A DNA stretch of 53,697 nucleotides, counting the filler, from Streblomastix strix (taxonomy: Eukaryota), in the NCBI GenBank assembly GCA_008636045.1. It is 3 parts of 3 records of this genome, joined end to end, with 100 filler letters (N's around TTAATTAATTAA, not from the genome) between each part and the next. Parts side by side here need not be neighbours in the genome. Positions count along the whole stretch, not along the records: positions 1 to 17,843 come from SNRW01000667.1; 2 more parts are not named here. The stretch is one strand, 5' to 3'. This document shows positions 1 to 13,963 of this stretch, piece after piece. The notes under the pieces were generated by a model. The model ran no database searches, was not told the DNA's origin, and worked only from the letters and a program-made list of their open reading frames with translations. The position numbers and the translations under genes are program-made. How positions within the stretch are numbered: the stretch's first letter is position 1; the number at the start of each line of letters is the position of its first letter.

Positions 1-3000
1 ATTTGACTTACTTATGCTGTCTTTCCTCTTTATTGCCACAATTTTCTCTTTTTAATATATCACTTTTCTACTAATAATAATTTTCTTTCTCTTTTTATCT
101 TTTTCTTCATTTTTATCTTTTTTTTCTTAATTATTTTCTTCTGTTTATTCCTTCAATTTTATTTCTTTCTTCTTCTCCAATTAATTAATATGATCACTAT
201 CTTTATTTATCTTTATTTCACTCCTTTTCTCTTTTTCCTTCTCTTTATCCTAATTACTGATATTTATGCTATTATTCTTAGTCTGATCTTTCTCTTATTT
301 ATCATCAATTAATTTTTATTATGTAAATACTATTTATTAATGATGAATGACAGGTAATTGTTATTTATTCTTATTATTCTTCAAACTTATAGACGAACTT
401 TATTCTTGTTTATTTGTTTATTAATCTTAGGATTCTTATTCTTTTTCATCTAAATTCTTATTCTTCTTATTAATTAAGCTATTATTTTAATTTTAAATAG
501 AGTTTGAATTTGAAGATCCAGTTGTTATGTTTACCTACTAAGTAAATACAATTTCCTGATTCTTATTATTAGCCAATGATTGTGATAAAGATGCTTTTGC
601 TTATGATTATACAGATTAGAATGGAGAAGATGAACGAGAAGATTAAGAAGAAGATTAAGAAGATGAAGATTAAGAAGAAGATTAATTTGAAGATGTTGAT
701 GATGAATTTGTTAGAATAGAATTAGATGAAGTTGATGATGTTTTCGTATTTGATGGAGATTAAGAACGATGTTATTATTATTGTTGCTATTTTAATTGAT
801 ACTGTTTCTATAATTACTATAATTCAATCTCTTTCTCTTTTAATTCCTTTAATTCTTTATCTTTAATTTATTTCTCTTTTTCTTTTCTTTCTTTATCCAA
901 TCTGTTTGATTCTTCCCTTGTTTTAATATCTTTTGAACTTCCTCTTATAAATATATCCATTCCTTCTTACTATTTATCTTTCTATTTCAAAGCATCTATA
1001 TCTTTATCTTATTTCTTTGAATTAATTAATGAATTTTGTGTTTGTGTTATTTAAGGTGATGGAGAAGGAGGTATGGATTTATTATTATTTGTAACTGTAT
1101 TGATATTACCCTATTATTTGTTATTTGTATCATCTTCATTAATTAGATAGTCTGCATTTGCTATAACTCTGTCTATTTCACCAAATGAAATATCAGTTAA
1201 TTCCCCTATTTATTAATTATCATTATCAATATTTTCTTTATTTTCTTTATTTTTATTTCTACTTACATTAAATCTTTCAAATCCTTAATTATCCCATTTC
1301 TCTTTCTCTTTCTTTAGTTTCTCTATCATAATATTATTCTTTTTAATTTGTATTATATCTGGAACTGGAGAAGAAAGAGGATTATTATGGTGAGTATGAT
1401 TATAAATATGTGAATATTCTCTTCCTTATTATATTTCTTATTCTTTATCTATTTATTATTGTTAATTTAATTATTGTTCATTTCTATGTGTGTGAAATCC
1501 GCTATCACTATTCTCATCATTATTATTTTCAAAGCTGTTTGAATCATCTTTTTCAATTTCTAATTATTTATTATTCATCTTCTTATTCTTTTCATCAACA
1601 TTTATTATCTCTTAATACTTTTCATTCTCTTGTTGTTTATTTTATTCTTTTTCGATTTTTTCTTTTTTCTTTCCATTATTTTAATTTAATTTCTCCTTAT
1701 TATTTTCTTTATTATCTGTTTAATCAAAGAATTAATTAGGATATTCATACATTAATAAAGAAGAGGGAGTAGACTTTGTCAAATAATTTGTTTGGTTGTT
1801 TATATTCATTTTCAATTTAGTATTAGAAGAAGATTTCTATAATTATTATGAAGGTAAAGACTATTAAGGAAATGTAGGAGAAGATGATGAATTTATTGGT
1901 TATTATATTTATTATTATTATCTGCTATTTTATTATTGTTATTATTACACTTTCTGTTATTATTAATAAAGAAGAAGTTATTATTTCTTTCTTATAATCA
2001 TTTCAGATGATATATAAGGAGGAGGTTGAGGTCTTAATATTGATTATGGAGATTTGAAATTATTACTATCTTTATTTTATTATTATTATTGTTGTTGTAA
2101 TTTATATTCTGCATATTCTTAATTTACTTTATCTATAATACTATCCTCAGTCTAATTTTTTAATATCTCTTATTATTTCACTTATTTATGCTATATTTCT
2201 TCTTTATTGCCACAATTTTCTCTTTTTAATATATCACTTTTCTACTAATAATAATTTTCTTTCTCTTTTTCAATTCTTTTCTCAAAATCTTTCTCGATTT
2301 ATTACTATTTATTATTCATATTATTATTCATATTATTATTTACACTCTTCTCTTTATTTATATCAAATTATGAATTAATATTCACTGTTGGTGAAGACTT
2401 TCTTTATTATTCTTATTATTGTGGCGAATATGAAGAAGAAGATGTAGAAGCTGAATAAGATGAAGAAGATTAAGATGGTTGTATTAATTATTTTGATTTG
2501 GGAGGATATTGTGACTGAGTGAATGATTATGGTTTGTATGAATTAGTGATTTCTGTTTTATCTTCTTATTCATCATCTATTTATTAATTATTGCTTTTAT
2601 TATATTAATATTTCTAAAATGAAGCATTAAAACTAGATTCACTATTATGTTCTGTTGATTATTCTTCTTTCCATTCAATTTATTTATATTTATTATTATT
2701 ATCATTATTATTTGTTGTTGATTATTAATCTTTCTATACTTATTTCTATTTTTCTACTTTTCTTTCTGCTTATTCATTCTTATTAATTATTTAATCTTTT
2801 TTATCTTCATTTCTATTTAATATCTAACTAAATTAAGAAGCTAACTGTTTATATGAAGATTATTATTATACTTGTTATTAACATTCAGACTTCTTAGATA
2901 TCACAGAAATATTGGAATTAATTGAGTTATTTGTCTAATCTGATTACTTCTCATTATCCACTTATTATTCAATATCATTTTGGGTAGAATCTGGGAATAA

Positions 3001-4482
3001 ATGTGAAAATGGAGAAGAGAAGAATTGAGCTGCATCTTTACATATTAATTATGAATGATTATTAATACTTTCACTATTATCAATACTTTCATTATTATCA
3101 ATACTATCATTATTCTCTTTATTATATTTATTATTATTATTTATGTCATAATCATCTACAATATCAGAATCACCATCATCATACTAATTATTTATATGAT
3201 CTGTGTATTTATTACTATTATAAAGATTACTATTAAAGTTATTATTATTATTATTCTAACTATTCAATTAATCAACACTAACACTGATACTTCCAAATTC
3301 TTCTTATTCATGACTCAATGGAGATGGAATTAATGGTTTAATTGGCTATTTATATTTGGATGATTATTATGAAGATTAAGATTACTATGATTGAACTGTT
3401 TATGATGATGGAGACAGTTCGGATGTTTATTAAGACTATTATAGTTATGAAATGGAAGTGATTTTCTAATTTGATATATTGGATGGTTATTCTTATGATT
3501 ATAATGATTATTAAGATGATGATGATTGTAAAGATTAAAACACAGTTGGAGATTATAGAGATCTATCAGTTACTGCAAATTGAGCAGACGAGGAAATTGT
3601 TTGTTATGATAATTATTTATATTACAACTATTACTATTATTATTACTACTATTATTCAGGAGATTGAAATGATGAAATGTTCAATTTAAGATTATTATAC
3701 CCATTCTGAGATTATATTGAAGCAACAGACTATAAAGAAGGAGAATATACCTATTATTATTATTATTATTATTTATGCTATGAATGTATTGTATTCTATA
3801 TCTGCTATTCAGGTGTTGATAGATATGGTGAAGGTGGGTGTGTGAATTTGTGCTATTTGAGGAATAGAGCTGTTTATGTATTAGTGCTCTCTTCTAGTTC
3901 TGAGGGATCATCTATACATTAATTATGATCATTATTCTTAGTCTTTGATTTAGTTGTTAGTCCAGAAAGAGATTCATTCAATCTTCTTGTGCTTATTTCT
4001 CTGCTTTCTTCTTTTTCATATGAAAGGTTCTTGCTTTTTTATTCATCTCCTTATATTTATCCAATATTCTACCTGGCAAGTTTTCGTTTCAACATTTTTT
4101 CTTTTATCTCACGCATAAACTCACTTTCCTCTTCATCATCTTCCAAATTATCATTCTTATCAACATTTATTGAAGATGGATTTATAGGATTATCTATTTG
4201 TTTCTTTTGTGATTGCGTATTTGTTGCTGAGAGTGCAAATGTTCCGCTATTTTGTAATCTTTTGTCAGTACCTTCATTTTTCTTTTATGCTGAATTGAAG
4301 ACAAATGAAACTTATCCAGCTTGTTATTTCGAATTTCCTCTAATGATGTCCATAAGTGACGAATCAGCTTATGATGGATATGAAGCTGTATCATCATCAG
4401 TTTATTCTTCTATATCAAATGATTCTTCTGAACTCATCAAAATTTACTAATTTAATATAAATGTAAAGTGAGTAAAAACCAT
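1..4482 (-). CDS. Very long low-complexity Q/N/S/K/E-rich hypothetical protein (>1480 aa, runs off the left edge)
   Basis: With TAA/TAG=Gln, the minus frame from 4446 to 1 has no TGA. Probable ATG at 4482-4480 followed by a 33-nt GT..AG intron (4479-4447); alternative ATG at 4437. Contains poly-Q tracts and Ser/Pro-rich stretches. Confidence 0.8.
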
Positions 4483-4859
4483 AATTTTTGAAAATAATGT
4501 TGCTGAAATAAATTAGCTATTTATTTGATAGAAAATATATGAATAATGATATTTTAAATACAAACAATTGAATTTTAATGCAAAGTTTTAGGAATATATG
4601 TCAATTTTTATTTATTTTATTTATCGAGGCCGAACATGGCAAATTTTGATTTAGGCTTCATAATTCAGCAATTTGTTAGATTTATTTTACTTTTGTGTAT
4701 TAAAAATATTTTTATTAATGTATTATTGGAAAATCAATTATCATACTTGTTTTTTATTGCACGAAAACGAAGTTTTAAATATATTTTTATAATCCATTTT
4801 CTGAGCCACCTTAAATTTAAAACTCATTAAAAATATTTTATTTTTTCTTGTTTAGATTA

Positions 4860-6443
4860 ATGGCACAAGTTATGCAACACTTTGCATCGTGTCCAAGTCT
4901 CACAAAAGTAAACACTCAAAATCTTGAAGAATTTAATGCTCAAACCCTTTCTCGGATATTTTCATCATTCACACTTCCTGAGAGTGAAAAAATTGTAAGA
5001 CTTAGATAATTCGGCATTCATGCAGAAAATATTGAATATAACATGCTTCATCTTCGAATAAACAGGTAGATGTGTTCAATTATTTGAGATTACATTGGCG
5101 AACTGACAACTGGACCTCAGCGTACACTTCTAGATATTTTAGAGATTATATCAGTTCGTGGTTCAATAGAATAACCAAATTTCTTACAGAATATATTTTA
5201 TAAGACTATGAGTAACGTTGGTCTTCTCTCTAAAATTGAAATTCTTATTAGGAGAAAATCCATAACTACGGAATTTAAACAAAAATAATAATTTGGGGAT
5301 ATACTAACACAACTTGTAAGAATATATTTCTTATTAATGAAGAGTAGATTAATTGAAGAAGACCTTCTAGGAGTATGCACGAATGTAGTACTAAAAAACA
5401 TAAACTAAATTAAAGTGAGAATTGATGAAGCACAATCTGCACTAAGTAAAAATAGCAAAAGTTTATTAGAAGAAAAAAATTGGCAACTTGAAAATGCATT
5501 AAAATAAGGAGCATAATTATTTCAATCATTCAAATTCATAACATTTCACAATAATGCGATATATTTGGTTGAATAAGAAAAAATTCATGAAATTATAGCT
5601 CCTTATCTTCACTTTAATTGTTAGTCCGATCTTGAATGTAAATTTAGCATTCAACTTCAATTTAAACATGAAGTAGATGACATGTAAACCATGATATATC
5701 AAGTAATGGTTCAACTTTCTAGCATTGAAACAGTGAGATAATTCTTAATTCATGATCATAATGCATTTGAGCATATTGCTTCATTGTTCATCGCTTTCAC
5801 AAGAAATATAAATATAGAATTCAAACCTTTTGGTGAAATGACAAAAAATGCCCTTAAATCTATAACCCCGAATCCAAATGTTGTTTCTGGAGCTCTTAAT
5901 CTACTTGATCATCTAACTAATAGCTCAGCTCATGTTGAAACTGCATCAATTGTTCCTAGTCTTATTTATTCTCTAATGTAATTATCTAAATTCAAAGTGC
6001 ATTTGAGCGAAGACGAATAAATGTATAAGTAAATGGCCCTAATTAGAAAATAAAGCTTACGATGTCTTTGGATGTTCCAGTCATTTGGTGGAATTAAAAT
6101 GTAAGAGCTTCTTGTTCATAAACATGAATACTTTACAGTTATTTCTAATATAATTGGATCAGGCGGTGGGAGTTGTGAGTAAGAAAGATAAGTAATACAG
6201 AGAGCGTTTAATAACATCATTGATGCAATAAGACGCCTTCGTTGGGGATGTATACTGACTACATCAGCTCTTCCTGGACTTCATAAGGAGAGTGAAGAAT
6301 AACTTGAATCTGAAGGATCTTTTGAGGAGATTGACTCAATTGGATTTCATTCTATTATAAATGAAGGTGCGGATAATATTACTGATAATGTTAGATCTGT
6401 GATTATGAATTCTTTCAAGTATAAATCAAGATCAAAGTACTGA
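4860..6443 (+). CDS. Hypothetical protein of an expanded lineage-specific helical family (C-terminal GSGGG...EEQLESEGSFEEID motif); one internal TGA at 5085
   Basis: Single frame from ATG 4860 to TGA 6441-6443, interrupted only by TGA 5085-5087. The C-terminus resembles the STAGGQGEE...EEQIEEEGGIEEIE motif of the genes at 41976-43007 and 51346-52377. Confidence 0.65.
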
Positions 6444-6818
6444 TTATTCAACACACTGAATTTATAACCAATTCACTATTGTAATATGTAGTAATTTATT
6501 AACTGAAAATATTTTTTAAAAAAAGTAATACAATAATATTCTTATTTCATTATATATGTTTTATATTAAATCTTAATTGAGATTAAAAAATAATTCAATG
6601 TGTAATTAATAGAATAAATATCAAAAGTAATATTATTTTTATTTTATTAGAATGAACAACAAGTTAATAAATGATATAAACGAATAAATTTGATATTATA
6701 AAGTAACTTTTGTGTAGTGATAGTTGAATAATAAGTTGGACATTTATTTATATTCAACTAAACTAATAAAATGAATGAATGAGTTACTTAATTTCCCAAT
6801 AAGCTAAATACATATTAA

Positions 6819-7768
6819 TCAGTCAAATAGTGGAATGCCAAGTTGTTCCAATGCATCAACAATGCGATAATTACGTTCCAATTTCTTGATTTCGCTCATA
6901 TCTGCATCATCCAAATTGAATGAAAGTGCACCATAGTTTTCAGTGATCCTTTCAAGTGAAGTTGTCTTTGGTACAACAGAAACATTTGGATACCGTTGGA
7001 AATTCCATCTGAGAAGGACTTACGCAATTGTCTTTGAATGTTTCTGTGCGATCTTCTACAGAACTGGATCTTTCGTTGGATCAATTGTTGAGCCGACCCC
7101 CATCTTTACTAAAGGACAGTATGCAGTAATATGAACTCCAATCTTCATGCAGAACTCAACAAGCCTTGTCTGTTGGAGATATGGATGTAATTCAACCTGA
7201 TTCAATTCTGGTTTGTATATTTATGCACCGTTGTATATCTCATTCAGAAGCTATACATTGAAGTTTGATACTCCAATATGTTTCACAAGTCCCTTTTGTT
7301 TCAGACTTTCCATTGCTTTCCATGTCTCTGAAATTGTAACAGGTTTACCACCTTCTGATATTGGCCAATGAATCAAATATTCATCCAGATATGAGATTTA
7401 CAAGTCACTCAGAGTTTGGTGGCAGGCTTTTTCAACCCGATCTGGTGCATGGTCAGTGTTGAAGACTTTTGATGTGATCCATAAGTCCTCTCTCTTAACA
7501 GTACCAGATGCGAATATCTCTTTGAAGGCTTCACCAATCTCTTTCTGGTTTCCATAAATAAATGCGCAGTCAAAGTGGCGATACCCAACACTTATGGCGT
7601 GTTTATACGCTCTAAGTTATACAAATTAGAATCAAAAATTTAATATTTATCAAACTATATATATTATATACAGGATGCATACTCTTTTATCTTGGATTTT
7701 TCGCTTGCATAACTTCCTAGCCCTATAACTGGGATCTTCGATCCGTCTGCAAGTGCTGAGTACAACAT
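6819..7768 (-). CDS. Aldo-keto reductase (AKR superfamily)
   Basis: Motifs [74 protein letters not shown]. One intron at 7612-7682. Ends TGA 6821-6819. Confidence 0.95.
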
Positions 7769-8539
7769 ATTCTAATGTAAAACTAAAATTGTCAAATAAT
7801 TGTGATAATTACATAAAAATTGTTTATTAAAATAAAAATATTCTTGATATGGAGCTAGAAATCGTAGTTGTTAGTTTTGGAAATTTTCATAAAGTGGGAA
7901 TTTTTAGGAGGCGGATGAGGCGAATGAGATAGTACAATGTATTAATTATACTATTTTGATCAATAAATGAATCAAAACGTGCCAATAAAGCATAGCAATA
8001 CTATAAATATGTAATTTGTGTTATTTGTAGGATCAGTCCCATTTGAGGAATTGAATAGAACATAAAATAGTAATACAAGAAAAAACAGTTAAAGTTCAAT
8101 AATTTAAATACTAAATAATTTCTTACTTGCAAAAGATATAAAGTGTATCACATAAATCACTTTTGAAAATATAATTTGGATTTTTGTAATTTAGAATATA
8201 ATATTAATGATGGCTCGATTATGAGATCAGAATATTTAGGAAATATTTAACTATATAAAAAGTACACATTTATAAGAGAGTCTTATCAATTTAAATTCCA
8301 AATATTGAAACTCATATTTTAATAAGTAACTCTATTACTATTGCTTTTTATTTCACAAAAATTTAATAAAATATTCATTCTCTTCTTAATTTCAATTCAA
8401 AGATACATTTTTAGACAATTTAATACTGAAAAAAATGCAAATAAATAAATTACAACTTTCAACTTTGATAAAAGATTAAAAGAATTTATTTTTTAATAAT
8501 TTATTAAATATTGTTATATAATTTTGATTTTATAGACAA

Positions 8540-9820
8540 ATGCTTATCAAAGTATTCTCTGCGTTAGATGAGGCATATTTGACTCAATTAGAGGGTGTGT
8601 TTTTCCTTTTCTTATCTTATTCAATTTATTTTTTGTTAGTTGAGCCAGAGACAAGTTTTCAAAAGCTTAAACAACTTGTTTAAGATAAATAGACAGGAAA
8701 ATAAGTTGTTGGTATCTATGTGAATGGAAGGGCATGCTCAGATGATGCACAAATTTCTGAATATGGAGTGGTAGAAGGTAGTGAAATATTTGTAAATATC
8801 AGCAATAAAACCAACATAGACCCTGACGGTAGGAATATCGGTCAGAACTATGCAACTAAACTATGTCCAGAAGAAATGACCCTCAGTGGATTAGAATCGA
8901 TAGTTAAAGATCAGAAAGGTGTTATCTGGGAAGTTGGGTAAAGATATGGATATAATGATGTAGTGAAAGAATAGACTAGGAAGAGGCATGAATCCAAAAG
9001 AATGGGAGGATTCTTGTCTATGAGATAGTTCCTATAAGGAGAAAGAGGCATCAACAGTGAATAAGAAGGAAGTAGCAGTGTTCTTCTGAGGGAATTGGGG
9101 CGTCTTCCTTTTGCAAGAGAAGGTGGACTGCAAATGCTTCTCCAGGATTTGGTTGATTTCCACCATTCAATGGATTCATTCAGTGATTTATCGCATGATT
9201 CTGAAGATGATGAATTTGCAGAATATTAACCACAGAGTTCTCTTACATCTGGGTTCCCTCCGCAACCTTCATATAATAATCCATTTCAATCATTCAGATA
9301 ACACATATTCCAAAGATCCCCTAATTCTACAATAACTCCACCTCCAACTAGTGAGAGATTATCATAATAGACATCCTAAGGTATATAATCATCATCAACA
9401 ACAGGATCATAACCATAGACAGCTCCCAAATAGAGTATAAGGATGTAATTCAGTCACAGGAATCCACCTCAATTTGAGCACAGCCCCCAGACGATACATT
9501 ATTTCCCTCCTCGTGTTTCTGCGCCAGTTCCTCCTTAAGCATCTCCATCATTACACCCATTTCATCTCATGCCTCCACTTCCACCCATACCTCCACTTCC
9601 ATAATTATCATCACAGCCATAAATCAGATTTTAGGCAACTTCAACTGGAATAAATCAACCAGCAATACGTCATCATATTTTTGCAACCCCATCACTTACG
9701 ATATAATAAGGCTCACTTCTTCAAGCTCCAAGATAACAAAATACTCAACAGGGAGATGGGAATCAAAATCAGCCAAACTAAACTAATACAACCAGTAGAT
9801 AGCAACCGAATGATAATTGA
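8540..9820 (+). CDS. Protein with an N-terminal ubiquitin-like domain and a Pro/Gln/Ser-rich disordered C-terminus
   Basis: MLIKVFSALDEAYLTQLEVEPETSFQKLKQLV...GIYVNGRACSDDAQISEYGVVEGSEIFV fits the UBL pattern. Intron 8595-8639. Frame open to TGA 9818-9820. Confidence 0.7.
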
Positions 9821-9947
9821 TATTTATAATGTATATAAATAAATAAATCATTTAGGATCATTTTTTAATTTGAATATATGTGAATGTGAGTTTATTTATT
9901 ATCCCACCTTAATAATTGTTATGTAATGAATCACCTCTTATGCAATA

Positions 9948-11614
9948 TCAAGCACTCATGTATGATTCAACAGCAATCTGATCAGGAAGTTCAGATATCT
10001 TCACCTCAAATCTAGCTTGTACCTTTTCAAGTACTTCTCTGTCCTCAGGTGAAGATGAGAAAGTTATAGCCAGACCTTTTGTGCCAAAACGACCTGCACG
10101 CGCAACACGATGCAAATAAGTGTCTGAATTCTCAGGCATGTCATAATTGAACACAATATTCACTCGCTCAATGTCCATCCCTCTTCCAAATACATCTGTT
10201 GACACAAGGATCCGACTCTAAAAGTCTTTGAAATCTTTGTATCTCTTCAATCTGAATGAAAGCAAAAGGATGAGAAATGTGGATAAGAAAACAAAAATGT
10301 AGTAAATAATGAGGAGATGAGACACGATGAGTTATAATAAATGGGTTATATATATACCGCTGTTCCTGAGGCAGGTTAGAATGGATGCTTATACTTGGGA
10401 ACTCTTATTCCTTAAGTAACCTACTCAGCTCATCAGCACGGAGGCAACTTCTGACAAAGATGACGACCTGATTGAACTCCAAAGCATCGAGCAAATTCAT
10501 CAGTTTCCTGTTCTTCTCATTCTCCTCAAGTTTGACATAGTATTGTTGTAACCCATGCAGAGTCAGTTCAGCCTCTGCATCAACAAACACTTCCATTGGA
10601 TCGCGCATGAACTTGCGTGCAATGGGCCTGACCTCCTTGGGCAATGTTGCTGAGAACATCATAACTTGCTTCTGAACTGGGCAACTCACAAAGATTCGCT
10701 GAACATCTCCACGCATGTCTAAGTAGAATTAAATGCACGAATGAATCATGCGTGTGAGACGCATGCGTCAAGATTCGATTGTCAGATGAAACTAAGTGAT
10801 GAACTTTGAGTAAGTATACCGTTCTTTTCCAAGACCTTGTCGCACTCGTCGATGATGAAGTGGGCAACTTTATCAACTTTCAGAGCTCGCTATTCAATCA
10901 GCTGTTTGGTTCGGCCAGGGGTTCCAACAACAATATTAGGTTTTACTTCTCGTAATGTTTTTAGATTGTTGGCTTCGGGCACGCCTCCATAGAATACTTC
11001 TGTCTTTACTGTGGGAAAGTGCTTGCTGAAGCGATCGAATTCGTTCTTGATTTGTACAGCCAGTTCCCGAGTGTGGCAGACAACAAGAACTTTAACATCG
11101 TCCACTTCACGATCAGTATCAAGCTGCTGGAGTATGGAAAGAACAAATACAGCAGTTTTTCCCATGCCTGTGAAAGGAGAAATAAAATTAAGAAAACTTA
11201 GATTTAAACGACGGATTAAATTTTAAATTAGACACACCAGATTTAGCTTGACATAATATATCATTACCAAGCACTGCCTTTGGAATGCATCGATATTGCA
11301 CTGATCAAAAAGTAAGAAAAAAATGAAATAAGAAAAAAAACAAATATTTATTTTGCAGACCTTCCGATGGATGTTCAAAGCCACAATCAGCGATAGCTTA
11401 CATTAACTTCTGTTTTAACAAGAAGTCACGAAAACCCGCTCCATGAATCCCCACGTGGCCTTTACTAATAACAAAATAATATAATGATAAGATAATTATT
11501 TGTAGCAAACGGTTTACTCTCATCTGCATCTGCGCCAATGTCTGCAGCCTAGTTTGCATTAGTGTCGTCACCAATTACATCGTCGTAATCAAGAATCTCG
11601 TCAGCAGCGGCCAT
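9948..11614 (-). CDS. UAP56: DECD-box RNA helicase UAP56/Sub2/DDX39
   Basis: Motifs [70 protein letters not shown]. Five GT-AG introns (approx. 11465-11510, 11302-11360, 11168-11237, 10719-10819, 10252-10357). Confidence 0.97.
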
Positions 11615-11780
11615 CTACTCAGATTTTAAAAAACAAAAAGAACTGATCAGGACCATGGAAGAAAAACTTTGAATTTTTGAAAATTGATATGTTCTGGTCA
11701 AGTTTTTTGCTGTAGCATATTACTTTTGTTTTTAAAATCTATATTTAAATTTATATTATATTTATTCAAATTAACACTTA

Positions 11781-12526
11781 GGTTGAAGTTTTTGGTTAAG
11801 TACTTTTGGTTTGGTTGAGTACTTTTTCAAACTTATTGATTAGTTTTTGATATATTTAAAAAATAAAAAAAGAACTTACATAAATATAAAAGAAATTATA
11901 TAAATATTTTCTTAATTATTATTGTACATATTAGGAAGCAACGAGTTTTAAAATAGTTTTTTAATATATTTTTTCGCAGAGTTAATAATTTAGTGCAATT
12001 AATTTTTTTGAAAATTTAGTTACAATAATAATAAAAATTAGCACAAATCAATTTAAATATGTTAAAATTAGGGAGAAAAGAATTATTTTGTTTTAAAAAA
12101 TTAAAAATTAGAAAATATATATCAATTGATTATATTTTTATAATTTGTTAATAAAATTGCAATTAACTAAATATATTTTTTATCAATAATCTTCAACAAA
12201 CGATTATTATTTTTGTTTTTTAAAAAATGATAATTTGTACTATATATGAATTATTAAATATTTATTTTCTTTCAAATATATTATAAAATGATAGATTAAT
12301 TAAATATATATATTTATAATAAAATCCTAGCTATGATGTTTCAATTTTATTTTTTTTAAAAAAATAGCAAATTTTTAGGTCTTAGATTTTACATTATTTA
12401 TTTATTCTTAAAAAAATATATTTAATTTCAATAAATTATACTATTTGTTATAAATATAACAAAAACTAATCAATAAGTTTGCAAAAGTACTTAACTAACA
12501 AAAAGTACTTAACTAAAACTTTTACC
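11781..12526. mobile_element. Non-autonomous TIR element (MITE-like) with ~70-90 bp imperfect terminal inverted repeats, TA-flanked
   Basis: GGTTGAAGTTTTTGGTTAAGTACTTTTGG...CAAACTTATTGATTAGTTTTT (11781-11848) is inversely repeated at 12461-12526. Interior is AT-rich and non-coding. Confidence 0.7.
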
Positions 12527-13963
12527 TAATTTTTTTATAAAATTTAGAAATTTTTTTTGCAATAGGTCTAATGATCATGTATAGTAATTTGAAAAAAGTA
12601 CAGTACTTTTATAAAGTTACTGAATGGATTTCATTTATATTTTACTATTCGGAACACTTCACTAAAATAATTATTTTTTGAAGAATAAAGCAAATAAAAT
12701 CTTCCAGGTTGTGCAGAAACTATAAGAAATAATTCAAAATTTAAATCTAAGGTAGAATGAAGTTTATTAAAGTTATTTGAGAAATTATTTTATTTAAAGG
12801 ATATTTTTAAGACAAAAAAATAATTTTAACATGAATTTTATTGATATCAATCGGTGAAACTGTTTCGAAAATCTCAGTTTGTTTCATTCACTGCAAATTT
12901 TTAAGTTCATATTGTGAATATTGCATCATTTATACTTATAAATATTCTTTATATGAGTATATAGATTAAATTTATAAATAAATAAATGGTTTTTTTTATT
13001 CTACTTAATGTTGACAAAATGTGTTTGATTGAAAAATACTGCGAGCTACTTAGTATAAAATATAAAATGTTAGAGCATCGAAAAATTGAAAATAAAATAT
13101 GATTGAAAAAATGTAATTAAAAATCAGTAAAAATACAATAATTATATTATATTAGTGAAAAATGAATATTATTATTAAAATTAGTATAAAAAATTTTTTT
13201 GATAAGATTTTAATGTGTATAAACGTAAATTATTGCCAATTGTTTTTAGAAATGTTTCAAAATCGTATTGTAAGAAGAATTAGGAGTAAATGTTTTGAAT
13301 TTATTAAAATATATTTATTAAATTTAACGATTTAGTTGTTTCAAATATTTAAATAGAATTTGATGTTTAAATTCGAACAAATAATTGAATTTATAATAAA
13401 ATTAAATATTCATGTTAATTACATTTAAATTATGAAATTATTTCATAAGTTTCATCAAATGTGTAATTATTCACAATAATAAATTTATATTGTAGAAAAT
13501 ATTTATTTGATTAACGAATTGTTCGATTTATTAATTAGAGCTGAAATTAGTTCTATATATGATGAGCAGTGATATAAATTTAATAATAATTATTAAATTC
13601 TAAAATAAATTAATGATTTTAAGCAAAACTATATTACTCATTGATATTTACTATATTTTTATCAAAAATAATCATCAGAGCTCATTTTTATTTATATATA
13701 TTTTTTAAACTTCAATGATCCAATTCAAATATGGTATGGATTATATTCAATATCTATCATTTTTGTTTAAAATATTTAGTTAATAAAAAATTGGTAATAT
13801 TTAATTAAAATTATGAATTAAATCGGACTATAAAGCAAAAAGTGATAAAAAATTCTGCTAAAATGCTCGCTAAAATTGCACTATAGAGCTCTAACAAAAT
13901 TTCACGATGGGACATACATAAGTTATAATTTGAACAATGAATATATATTTATTTGATAAATAT

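Noticed and set aside
1410..4450. Plus-strand hydrophobic ORFs in the supplied track (1410-1739, 3055-3333, 3471-3689, 3989-4450) and similar ones at 47391 and 48376
   Set aside because: They are antisense shadows of K/E/N/Q-rich minus-strand genes read with the wrong genetic code.
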